DNA from: Felis catus
Taxonomy: Eukaryota
Direction of reading: 5' to 3'
Length of the DNA: 64,000 bases
Assembly (NCBI RefSeq): GCF_018350175.1
Contig: NC_058368.1
Location: 173,044,001-173,108,000 of the forward strand
Shown: in pieces, positions 10,255 through 20,972 of the stretch
How the letters are laid out: every line of letters starts with the position of its first letter
How positions within the stretch are numbered: the stretch's first letter is position 1
Position numbers and translations under genes: made by a program
Notes under the pieces: model-generated
Database searches by the model: none
What the model was told of the DNA's origin: nothing
Seen by the model: the letters and a program-made list of their open reading frames with translations, nothing else

Positions 10255-10800
10255 GAGCCGGCGGAAACCCGGCAAGGTGGGGGAAGGCAGGACCGCAGCC
10301 TTGGTGTTCCGCAGCCTTGGAGCTCCGCCCTGGTCCACAGGGGCTACACGCACGTGGCCCTCTGGGCCGCGGGGCTGCACTGCAGATTGGGACTCAGCTC
10401 TGAGCCACACGTAGGGCCGCGTTCCTAGGAGAGCGCCTCTGATTAGCCGGCTCGGTCAGGTGGTTCCCGCGGACCAATCAGCGGTGGCCAGGCCGTGGGC
10501 CGCGCGATCTGCACCGCTGGCTAGGAGTCAGGAAAAGGTGATCTTTATTGGGTTGTACCGGGAAAAGGCCGCCAAATATCCGGTGATGTCTGGCGTGCTC
10601 CAGATCTAGCCTGCGTCTCCGCTGGCCCTCTGCCGTCACCAACTCTTTCCCACTGCTCCCCGAAGGAGACGGAAGTCGACTGTGCCAGCTCTCCTTTGGG
10701 ATCTGGATCCCGCCCTCATGCTTCCTCCGCTTTTGTTCATCTTGCTCCTCTTGCTGCTCTGGAGCTCCAACCTTCCGGTCTTTTTGCTCCCCCATGGCAG
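10255..10800. promoter_or_regulatory. Orphan CpG-rich promoter-like element
   Basis: Local CpG cluster; CCAAT/ATTGG at 10386-10390, 10474-10478 and 10547-10551; CACGTG at 10351-10356; ETS-like CGGAAGT near 10670 and TTCCGG at 10773-10778. Confidence 0.55.
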
Positions 10801-11324
10801 CCCACAGTGTAGTCTCGCTCTCTCTCTCAGGAGAAAAACCTTATTGCCCCTCTAGCCAAACTCTGCCTCTTCTCTCCACCACCTAGGGCCTCCCTCATCT
10901 CCTCCCTCATCTCCCTGCAGGCTGTCCTCAGGTCACCAACAGTCCCAATTTGACCCAACCTGGGGGGCATTTCATAACCTTTGATGCTCCACTTCGGGCA
11001 GCATTGTACTCTGTTGACCTCTTGGAATTGAAAAGGTTCCGGGGACTCCCACTCTTGTCTGTTACCCCTCCTACAAGCCTTTCTCTATGCGTTCATGTCG
11101 CAGGCATGCCTCCCACTTTTCCTGTCCAGCAAATAGAGGCCCACTTTGCTGATCATTTACCCAGTCTTCCTGAGGAGTCTCATCTGCTCATCACTGGCAT
11201 TCCCTAAATGCCAGCAATGCCTGAGTCTAGCAATGCCTGAGACTAGACAATCTCTAGTCTAGATTGTCTCAAAGCTCCAAACTGGCTACCTGCATGTCTT
11301 GGGTACCTCGGGCTCAAGGTAGGT

Positions 11325-11348
11325 TATTTACTTTATTTTATTTATTTA

Positions 11349-11435
<87 letters not shown>

Positions 11436-11540
11436 AAGTTTTATTTAATCTCTGCACCCAACGGCAGGGGTGGGGGCTTGAATTCATGACCCCAAGATCA
11501 AGAGTCACATGCTCCCCTGGCAGAGCCAGCTCGGTGCCCT
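11325..11540 (-). mobile_element. CanSINE with expanded (TTTA)n/(TTAC)n tail
   Basis: Body ggggcttgaattcatgaccccaagatcaagagtcacatgctc; microsatellite tail ~11325-11432. Confidence 0.85.
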
Positions 11541-13632
11541 TCAGTTAATGTTTGTTAAGCAGTGTGCTCATTTCTAATCCAAATATATTTTAAAATCTAT
11601 CTTTATATGTAAAATAAACATATAAATATTTCTTTATTTGTTGCTGTCTTTTGTGACCAGCACACAGTGGATGCCTCATTACTGTGTGCTAATTTCATGT
11701 AGGAATGAATGTCTGGCATAGTGCCTGGCACAGAGGAGGCGCTTAAAGTTGCTACATCCCTCATCCTGGTTCCTCTCCTCGCAGGTATGGAAACAGTCCC
11801 ATCACCTCACCTCCAAAAGTAAAAGCTACATAAGTGAGCTAAACTTCTGAGAGAGAAAGCCAATGTGAAAGTCCTCCGTGTCCTATCTAATATTTCACTT
11901 CCACGGCAGTCTAACCTGTAGGCTCAGCCAAGGCAGCACTGCCTAGTGATGGGAGCAAGAGCTCTTAGAGGTACCTAGAATACGTTGGTACTTCGCTCTT
12001 GTTGTGGCTGAAAAGAAGGGTGGTTAAGAGGACTTTCATGTTGCACTGTTGCCACCGTGTGACTAGCTGGGGAATTACATAGGAGAGGTTCTCCAGCCTG
12101 GGAAGAGCTCCCTGGACTCAAGTTTGAGGATTGAGAATGTGCTCCCTGCTGCCAGTGCCCTCCTCTGCTGTCCTAGCTCCCTCGGGCCTCCAAGGCCAGT
12201 GCTGTCACCTGTAGAGGAGAAAGCATCCCACCCCTGGGTGTAGGAACTATCTGCACCTTCTCTGACTCCAAAATTTTGGGGGCTCCTTGATGTGACATTC
12301 AAGGCCTTCAGAGCTGGTGCCCTTGACACCTGCTCTGTGCTTGGAACTCAGGGCATCCTAGCTCCAGACTTGCTCTGAGATGCTCCTTTTGCTTTCTTCT
12401 CCCTTCCCAGCTTGTCCCCTACCCCACTCTGAAACACATTTCCCCAATGAGCATGTTAAGTTCCTGTGACAGTATTCATGTGAACAGCAACCTTTTATTG
12501 AGCATCTAATATGTGCCTGGTGCTGTGCTGGGCCCCTTATGGACATTTTATTTCTTCACAGACCCCATAGAACAATTTACTGTGATTTCTCCAATTTTGT
12601 AGAAGACTTGAATAATCTCTGCTGAGGCAGAGAAAGGTAAAGCCAGCCACCTAAAATCAGCCAGCTGTGAGGTGACAGAGCCCTGCCAGTAACTTCTAGG
12701 CCACCTAGTGTAGTGGAGGAGGCAGACGGGCAAACAGACTCTGGTTCATCATCTTTGCCACTCAGTACTGACTTCCCAACTTTGAGCCTAGTGTCCTGTC
12801 CTGCTCTAAAATGGGATGGCAGCTCCCACGGTACACAGGTTCTAGGTCTGAGGGGCGGGCAGCATTGGAAACCTAGCACCAGGAGATGAGAAGTTGGGTG
12901 CAGGGGGTTGGAGCAGGCAGCCAGAGCTGGTGTGGAACACACTGAAGTAAGTAGGGGTCCCCTCTGGGAGGCTACAGCCAAAAACTGGGAGTCTCAACTC
13001 AGAACCCAGACAGCAAGAAGTAGGGGTTCAAAGGTCCACCCATCATTTCCCACCTTGCAACCCCTGCCTGTTCTCCCCACACCCACTTTAGCCTCTTCAA
13101 TGCCTTTCTCACTTGGCATTTCTCACTTGGCTTTGGCTTACTTTCATGTGGGCCTTTCCAAACATACATCTGATCAGAAAATCTTGTCACTCACCAGGAA
13201 TCAACCCTTCAACTGACCAGGCCATGTGGAGGTCTGTGGCTGCAGTGTGCCAGCTCTGTCCTTTTTTCTGGTCTCTAGCCCCCTCCCATTTCCTTGAATG
13301 CATTGTAGGCTTTGCACATGCCATTCCCACTGCCTGAAACACTCTTTCCCTCCCCTCTTTGCCTAGTTAATATTGGGGTGCTGGAAGATCTCCTGGCAGA
13401 TATGGAATTTGAGATCTGAAAGAAGAGTAGGAGTTTGGAAAACTGGTAGGGAGAAGGAGAGTGTTCTAGGAAGAGAGAACAACCTGTAAAAAGGGGTGGA
13501 GATGCTTGGGGGAGTGTTGGGAGTGGGGGAGGGAGAGCAGAAGGAGGAGGTTGGGATTGAAACCAATAGGAATGAAGCGTTTCTAAGACCAGGTCTAAAT
13601 CCTCAAATGCTTTGTTAAAGAGCCTGGACCCA

Positions 13633-14073
13633 GGGGTACCTGGCTGGCTCAGTCGGAAGAGAATGCAACTCTTGGTCTCAGGGTCGTGAGTTCGAGCCCC
13701 AAGTTGTGTATAGAGATTACTAAAAAATAAGTAAATAAATAAACTTAAAAAAAAAAAGGTCTTGGACCCAATTCTGAGGGCAGTGGAAGGTTTTTGACCA
13801 GGGATAATTTAAATTTTTAAAAGATGTTTATTTATTGTATGGAAACCAATTTGACAATAAATTTCATATATTAAATAAATAAATAAAAAGTTTATTTATT
13901 TTTGAGAGAGAGAGTACAAGCAGGGGAGGGGCAGAGAGTGGAGACACAGAATCCGAAGCAGGCTCCAGGCTCTGAGCTGTCAGCACAGCTGACGTGAAGC
14001 TCAAACTTGTGAACTGAGAGATCATGACCTGAGGTGAAGTCGGACACTCAACGGACTGAGCCACCCAGGCGCC
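13633..14073. mobile_element. Two CanSINEs (13633-13757 +; 13810-14073 -), the second with a short L1 3'-end insertion in its tail
   Basis: TSDs tggaccca and cagggataa; insert tattgtatggaaaccaatttgacaataaatttcatatatt at ~13833-13890. Confidence 0.85.
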
Positions 14074-14321
14074 GCGAGCAGGGATAAAAATTATAGTAGT
14101 TTTGCTTACCAGTGATTCCCCTGGGTGGGGTGGAGAGGAGCTTATCAGCACCACACTTAAAAATACAGCACCCAGAACTGAATAGTCCTCTAGGAATGAC
14201 CTGATCACCAGCAGGAGAAGACATCTCTTCACAGGATCCCCTCATGAAACCTCTGTAGGTATAGCCCAAGGGATGCAAACCTCACTCCACAGGATGAGGT
14301 GGGATGCTGCACTTCTTGTAG

Positions 14322-14340
14322 CTTCCAGTAGGTGGCACCG
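14322..14340 (+). promoter_or_regulatory. CTCF motif
   Basis: CCAGTAGGTGGCAC matches the CCASYAGRKGGCRC core. Confidence 0.6.
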
Positions 14341-14365
14341 TCACCCTACTGTATCCCCCTCCACT

Positions 14366-14391
14366 CCTCTCTCTCTCTCTCTCTCTCTCTC
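14366..14391. repeat. (CT)n microsatellite
   Basis: Direct reading. Confidence 0.9.
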
Positions 14392-16221
14392 TTCTGTGCT
14401 GGAGACCTCTCCCAGGACACAATTACAAGGCAGAGACCAGAGAGGAAAGAAGAGATGGATGAGGAAAGGAAAGGAAGAGGCCCAGGCATGAAGCTGGGAG
14501 AGGTTGGGATGCAAGGCACAAGGATGGGGGTGTTGGGGTGGTGTTGGGTCCCTATTGGTTTTTTTTCAGGGTTGAGCACAGTGCATTCGTCTTAGATTTT
14601 CACCATTATCTGCCCTGCCCACTTCCTTGTTACCCTTCTTCAGGTGCCTAAAACACATGTGGACTCTACCTGGTCTCCCAATTCTTGGCCCTTTTCCATC
14701 TACAAGTTTTTGACCACCTTCCTCTCCTTCCTGTCCCCATTAGCAAATCCTTTTATTCTACATCTTAGATAAATTTCTACTTCTGTCCATCCTCTACCAG
14801 CACCCCCCCCCCACACACACACACCCTTCCAAGCCTAGGCCACCCCCCTACCTCTGGTGGAAGCCTAGGGGACTGCAATGCAGCTGTGCAGGATAGTGCT
14901 GGTCCCAGGTCAGTGAATAAGAGGGGAAGTGGACAGTTCCTTTGTAGACTCTCTGGGGCTCGTTATTTCTGACCCCTTGGGAGACCATGTGTGTATTTGG
15001 GAGTGCTGTTCCTGTTCCCAGCTCTGTAGCATCCAGAATCAATTAGATTCTGTGGCAGTCTTCTCACCCATCTCCCCACATCTGCATTAGTAGCCCCTTG
15101 CTTTCTGGCCTCTTCACTCTCCTGGGAATGAAATCCACAGCCTGCAAGGCTGTCTGTAGTGTGGCCGCATTTGGCATCATGTTCTCCTTTACTCTGTATA
15201 TGCTCTGCCCAAGTGACTGGAATTGAATGCCTCAAATTCTCCCCACTCCTCTGCCTGCTTCCAGACCTTCATGGAGACTGTTCCTCTGCCTGGAATGCTT
15301 AACACTAACCACAAGGCCAAGTGCTCCCCTCCTTCATCACAAATATCACTTCCTCATGGAGCCCTTCTCTGAGCCAGGTCAGGATCAGTCACCATTGTAG
15401 TCACCATCAGAGCTGCAGACAATTGGCCTTGAGAGTCTGTATTTACTTAGCACTTTCCTAGGAGTTGGTGTAATGTCTGTCTCCATCTCTAGATTTTACC
15501 TGTCTTTATCACAGGGTATACCCAATGAGTAGAATGGCACCTGGCCTATAGTAGGTACTCAGTAAACATTTGTTGATTTATTGCATCTTCTGCCCCCCAA
15601 CACTCTCACACACACACACACACTTAGACCTTCTTCTGTCTGGTTAGCTCTTCATTCTTCCCAACCTGAGCACCCGGGTCACCTCCCCTAGAAGTATCAC
15701 TGACCCCTCACCTGGGCACCTGCTTCTCCTGGGCCTCATTCTTTTGTCTGTTTTTGAATTCCCTTTGATCCTCATTCCCCACTCTTACCACCCTGCCCTT
15801 CAGGTAGTTGTGCTAATGATTTTGTGTGTGCTCTCATAATGTGTGGTTTCTGTGTCGTTTCTTTTGTCCAAATGGCTTTATGCTTTAGGGCTCATTCTAC
15901 TTCTTATCCTTTCCCCTCAGCACTAGGTTTCTAAGGTCCCTCCATGTGGCTATGTCCATTGGGTCCTCCATACATGTTACTGGTTCATTTCCCAGTAATG
16001 AACTCCAGAGTGCCTCCAACCCCATCCCAAGCCTTTCTGTGTGGTCATTTGTGAGGATTGGGGGTTGGAGGTGTACATTCAGGGCAGAATTGCTAGATCA
16101 TAGGATATATATTTATGTAATTAGCTGCAAGCTCCCAGACGGCTCTGGGATGGCTATACCTACAGTCTAGAAAGGTCCCCCATATTCCTGCCAATACCTG
16201 GCATTCTCTAGCTTTCTAAAT

Positions 16222-16260
<39 letters not shown>

Positions 16261-16431
16261 AAGCGGGAGAGGGGCAGAGAGAGAGGGAGACACAGACTCC
16301 GAAGCAGGCTTCAGGCTCTGAGCTCCAAGCTGTCAGCACAGAGCCTGATGTGGGGCTCAAACTCATGAACTGTGAGGTCATGACCTGAGCTGAAGTTGGA
16401 CACTTAACTGACTGAGCCACTGAGGTGCCCC
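16222..16431 (-). mobile_element. CanSINE with (GA)n tract
   Basis: Reverse-complement SINEC body; (GA)n at ~16225-16258. Confidence 0.88.
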
Positions 16432-17869
16432 TCTTGGACTCTTCTTATTAGGATCTTCTCACATGCTTGTATCCTTATCGGTCAATTACCTTATCATATG
16501 CTCTCTGTATTTGCATCTGGAGGTGTCTTTTTCTTGTATATTTACAGTCCTTTCTTAGAGATTGGTCCCTTATCTCCCATGCTATCCTCAACACTGTGGG
16601 GGAATGCTGGTTTACAAGCAGAAACCCTGAGTCTGGAGGTCCTTTAAGGGCACTGGCAGTCCTGAGGCCTCCCTGGGTTTCCAGCTCCACATCAGGACCG
16701 GGCCCCAAGTCAGAGGATGGGTTGGCCATCTCTTTTGTGGATACTGTGGGGCCCATCACTGTGGTTCCCTCAGGAGGCTACATGTACATTACAGGTGCAT
16801 TGTCTCAGCTCCCAGTGGGTTTGGGAGGCCTCTTTGAGATCAGTTTGCCAACCTGGGATTTGAATTTTGAATTTGGGAATTTCATTCAACATGTATTCAT
16901 TCCATGAGCATCTATGGACTACTTACTATGTGAAACACCCCATTGTAGACATTTGAGATACACTTGTGGACAGAACAGCCCTTTAGCTTCTCAGAGCTCA
17001 CCTTCTAATGAGGTGGCAGCCAGTAAAGAATGAGCAAATAAGATAGTTACAGAAGAAAACAAATAAAGGGCTAAAATATGGAATAACAGAGGGAGGACTT
17101 TAGCCAGGGTGTTCAGGAGAGGACACTCTTAAGAGGTGACCTTTGTTCTGAGAGCCAGCCAAAAGAACCAGGGGACAAGCATTACAGGCACAGACCTATA
17201 AGTGCAAAGGCCCTGAGGTTCATGTAAGCTTGGGGTGGTACAAAAAGAGAAAGACAATTAGTGGGGCTGGAGACGAGGTGGAGGAGGGGTAAGCGAGGGA
17301 TTTGGGGAGTGGGCGGGGATCAGTTCCAGCTGCGTCTAGTAGGCCTTGGTTTCAGCCTGAGCTGGTGTAGAAAGCAGGCAGAAGGACGGTGTGGCTGTCT
17401 AGGAGGGTGCTAGGCCCTGCAGGTTCTGAATCTGGCAATGGGGCAGCCTGAGGTTTGGGCCAGCCAGCCTTGGAAGCTGGTGTGTACCCAAAGGGAATAC
17501 TTTTCTTCTCTGGTGATTTTTCTTTACTTTTTAAAGAAAAAATTTCTATTTTTAATCTTTGTAAACAAGTAATGTACGTACCATGTACAAAAATATAATT
17601 AAACAAAGGTCCCCTCCCTCCCTTACCTTAGCTGCCTAGTTCCCCTCCCCAGAAGCAACCTTTGTGACCACTTGCCCACCGTTCCCCAACCATTGCATCC
17701 CTACAACCTCAGGCACGTATTTCACATGGATATGAATGCCCTAGGCACACTGTACCTCCCATTTCCCCCTCAGTAGTTTAAGTTGGAGAGAACTCCCCAT
17801 GTGTGCATTTAGAGCAGCCCCTTTGTGAAGGCTCTAGAGCTGTCCTGTCCATACACAGCTCCTTATATT

Positions 17870-18000
17870 TATGTTTAAGTTAACTAAATGAATCAGTTCC
17901 TCAGTCGCAGGAGCCACATTTGGTTAGTGGCCACTGTCTTGGACAGTACAGATCTGGAACATTTCTATCATTATGGAAAGTTCTGTTGGACTGTGCTGAG
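17870..18000. mobile_element. MER3-like hAT DNA transposon relic
   Basis: ttcctcagtcgca..agccacatt..gaacatttctatcattatggaaagttctgttggac resembles the MER3 consensus. Confidence 0.6.
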
Positions 18001-19323
18001 CTAGAGAATTCCATGCTACCCGTCATTTATTTTTAACCTCTCTTCAGGGGTTGCTCAGAAGGCCCCCCCCCCCCACCACACACACACACAGGGTTAGAAG
18101 CTCTGCCGTGTTGGTGAAGCTCTCCTAAGCATGTGTGCTGGGTCCCCCAGCAACAATAATAATCTTGGTCCCCAGGATCTAAGAGCTGTTCCTTTTTAAA
18201 GATTCTAGAACTGTGCCCCCTGATACTGGTCTCATTGTCTCAGTCCTGCCAGCCAACCCACCTCTCCTGGGCTTCAGTTGTTGGAGGAAAGGACCTGTCT
18301 GGCTGGGAACCACGTTGTCACTCTTACCAGATCATACGGTTATTTGACAAGCCTTAGAGTGGCCTGCTCTGCACTGGGCCTGAGTTCCCAGAGGTGGAGC
18401 CTGAGAGGCCCCTGCCCTGAGTGGGACAGAAGGAGACATCAGTGGGTCATACCAGTTGTGCAAAGCAGTGGAATGCCTAGGCTGTGCTGTGAGTTCAGCG
18501 TGGACTTTCTGGAGGAGGAGATGGCTGAGTTCTGAAGGGTACAAGGGTGACTTGGAGGTTCAAGAGCTGTGAGGAATCCACAGCCATCCCACGCAGGGCC
18601 AGGTGGCAAGACCAGCAGGGCCATGTCAGGCTGCGCCCCAAGTACCCACACAAGAACATGAGCCTGGCACTGGGGGGCCCGGAAAGAGCTGGTGCTATGG
18701 AATGTGAACAGCCACTGGGTTGGAGAGGATGTGGGGAAAGGCTGGGTGTGTTCAGCTGTTGGCAATTTCACGCCCCCTCCTCAGCCACTTCTTGGGGACA
18801 GACCCCAGCCGTGGGGCCCAGGTGCAGACAAAGGTCAGATTTCCATAGCAAGAGAATACAAGGAGATTTCCTCCAGAGGGGAGCCCTCTCCCCTCAGAGA
18901 GAGCTGCAGCTGCCTTAAGCACATACTCAGGGATTAGGCTAAATCCTGCAGCAGGTGGAGGAGTGGGAGGGGAGACTCTCAGGGAGCTGGGGTGTGGGAA
19001 GGGGTGGGCAGTGGCAGGCCTAGGGTGTGCACCTGAGTGTGTCTGTACCTGGGAATGGGTCTCTTTATGTTCCTTCAGCACTATACTGCCCCTTAGTTCT
19101 GCCAGGCGAGGCCCTGGATTTTAGGGGCAAGGATAGTAACCACTAAGTTGGATCTAGGGCTATACAAACAGGAGGAGGGGGGAGCATGCAAGAAGACACA
19201 GTTTCCCCTGGGGAGCAGAGAAAGTGGGTATAAGGGGTTGCTTCTCATTGAAAATCCTTTATGCCAGTGGAGTTTTTGTTTAAATTGTTTAAACTGTATG
19301 CCTCTTTAAAACTGTCCTTTCCA

Positions 19324-19545
19324 GGGGCGCCTGGGTGGCACAGTCGGTTGGGCATCCGACTTCAGCCAGGTCACGATCTCGCGGTCCGTGAGTTCGAGCC
19401 CCGCGTCGGGCTCTGGGCTGATGGCTCAGAGCCTGGAGCCTGTTTCCAATTCTGTGTCTCCCTCTCTCTCTGCCCCTCCCCCGTTCATGCTCTGTCTCTC
19501 TCTGTCCCAAAAATAAATAAAAACGTTGGAAAAAAAAAAAAATTT
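19324..19545 (+). mobile_element. Young SINEC_Fc (felid-type)
   Basis: CpG-rich, near-consensus cagccaggtcacgatctcgcggtccgtgagttcgagccccgcgtcgggc; TSD taaaactgtcctttcca. Confidence 0.93.
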
Positions 19546-19677
19546 TAAACTGTCCTTTCCAAAGTGGTGCCCATCCCCTGAGAACTCGATAGAAATGCAG
19601 ATTTCCAGACTTCACCTCAAACCTGCCAAATACAAAATTCAGGGGTGGAGCCCAGCAATCCAAGCCCTCCAGGTGAT

Positions 19678-20972
19678 TTTTTTTTAAGTTTATTTTTTTT
19701 ATTATTTTAATGTTTATTTATTTATTTTGGGAGAGAGAGAGAGAGAGAATCCAAGCAGGCTCTGTTCTGTCAGAGCCCAATGCAGGGTTTGACCTTACCA
19801 ACTGAGACCATGACCTGAGCTGAAATCAAGAGTTGGACGCTTAACTAACTGAGCCACCCAGACACCCCAGTCTCCAGGTGATTCTGATATGTGTTAAGGT
19901 TTCAGAACTACTGATTAAAAAAACTGTTAAAGCAGTGCTTGCTTCCTGGTGTTCAGTTTAGGGGAAGGAGATTATTATTATTTTAATGTTTATTCATTTT
20001 TTTGAGAGAGAGACACAGAACATGAGTGAGGGAGGCTCAGAGAAAGAGGGAGACACAGAATCTGAAACAGGCTCCAGGCTCTGAGCTGTCAGCACAAGGC
20101 CCGACATGGGGTTTGAACCCACGAACTGCAAGATCATGACCTGAGCTGAAGTGGGACACTTAACCCACTGTGCCACCCAGGGGCCCCATGGGGAAGGAGA
20201 TAATTGAGAGCATCTCTTCTCTAGGCTCTGAATAGAGGGACTCATCAGGAGGAGGAGCCCAGGCTGGAAAGGAGAACCAGGGAGGCCTCCTGGAGAAATT
20301 AGGTTTGAGTGAGATCAACAGGGCAAGAAGGGTTTAGCTAAAGAGTGTGGCCCAAGAAGACACAGCCCATGTGAGGTGACAGGGATGGAAGTCAAAGGGC
20401 TGGGCTCAAAGAGCTCTGTGCTTGGGTGTCATGAAGGTCCATCCGCCTGCGTGCATGGACATTTCATTAGTAGATGTCTCTTCATGAAAACCTGGTCCTT
20501 GGAACAGTGGGCAGTTGGGGCTGTGAGAATGAGTTCTGCACTAGGACAGAGCACCTAGTCCAAAGCACTGACTCTCTCAATTGCCCCCATGTAACCCTGG
20601 CCCAGTCACTTCATTCTTCTGAGCCTCAGTGTCCTCATCTGGGCAGCAGGAACAAAAATGCCTTCCAGGAAGGGCTGCCATGAGGAGAGAATGAGATCAT
20701 GGCAACCCAGCCCTGGGGGCCATTCCCTCCTAATTTCTGAGTAACAACAGCCATTGTTTTTTGTTTTTTTTTAATGTTTATTTATTTTTGAGAGAGAGAG
20801 ACAGAGCATGAACAGGGGAGGGGCAGAGAGAGAGGGAGACACAGAATCTGAAACAGGCTCCAGGCTCTGAGCTGTCAGCACAGAGCCCAACGCGGGGCTC
20901 GAACTCACGGACCGTGAGATCATGACCTGAGCCGAAGTCGGACGCTTAACCGACCGAGCCACCCAGGCGCCC
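19678..20972 (-). mobile_element. Three antisense CanSINEs (19678-19868 inside a MER5-like relic, 19970-20187, 20755-20972)
   Basis: TSDs ctccaggtgatt, ggggaaggagat and aacagccattgtt. Confidence 0.88.

Noticed and set aside
11785..11833. Isolated + strand exon-like segment (ctcctcgcag ... GTGAGC)
   Set aside because: Lies beyond the relic's poly(A) signal, with no recognisable peptide or partner exon.
16467..16907. Overlapping 146-aa (+) and 94-aa (-) ORFs
   Set aside because: Non-ATG starts, partly within old L1/L2-like sequence, no recognisable domain.
19324..19400. tRNA-like A/B boxes (TGGC.CAGTCGG, GTTCGAGCC)
   Set aside because: Heads of tRNA-derived CanSINEs, not tRNA genes.
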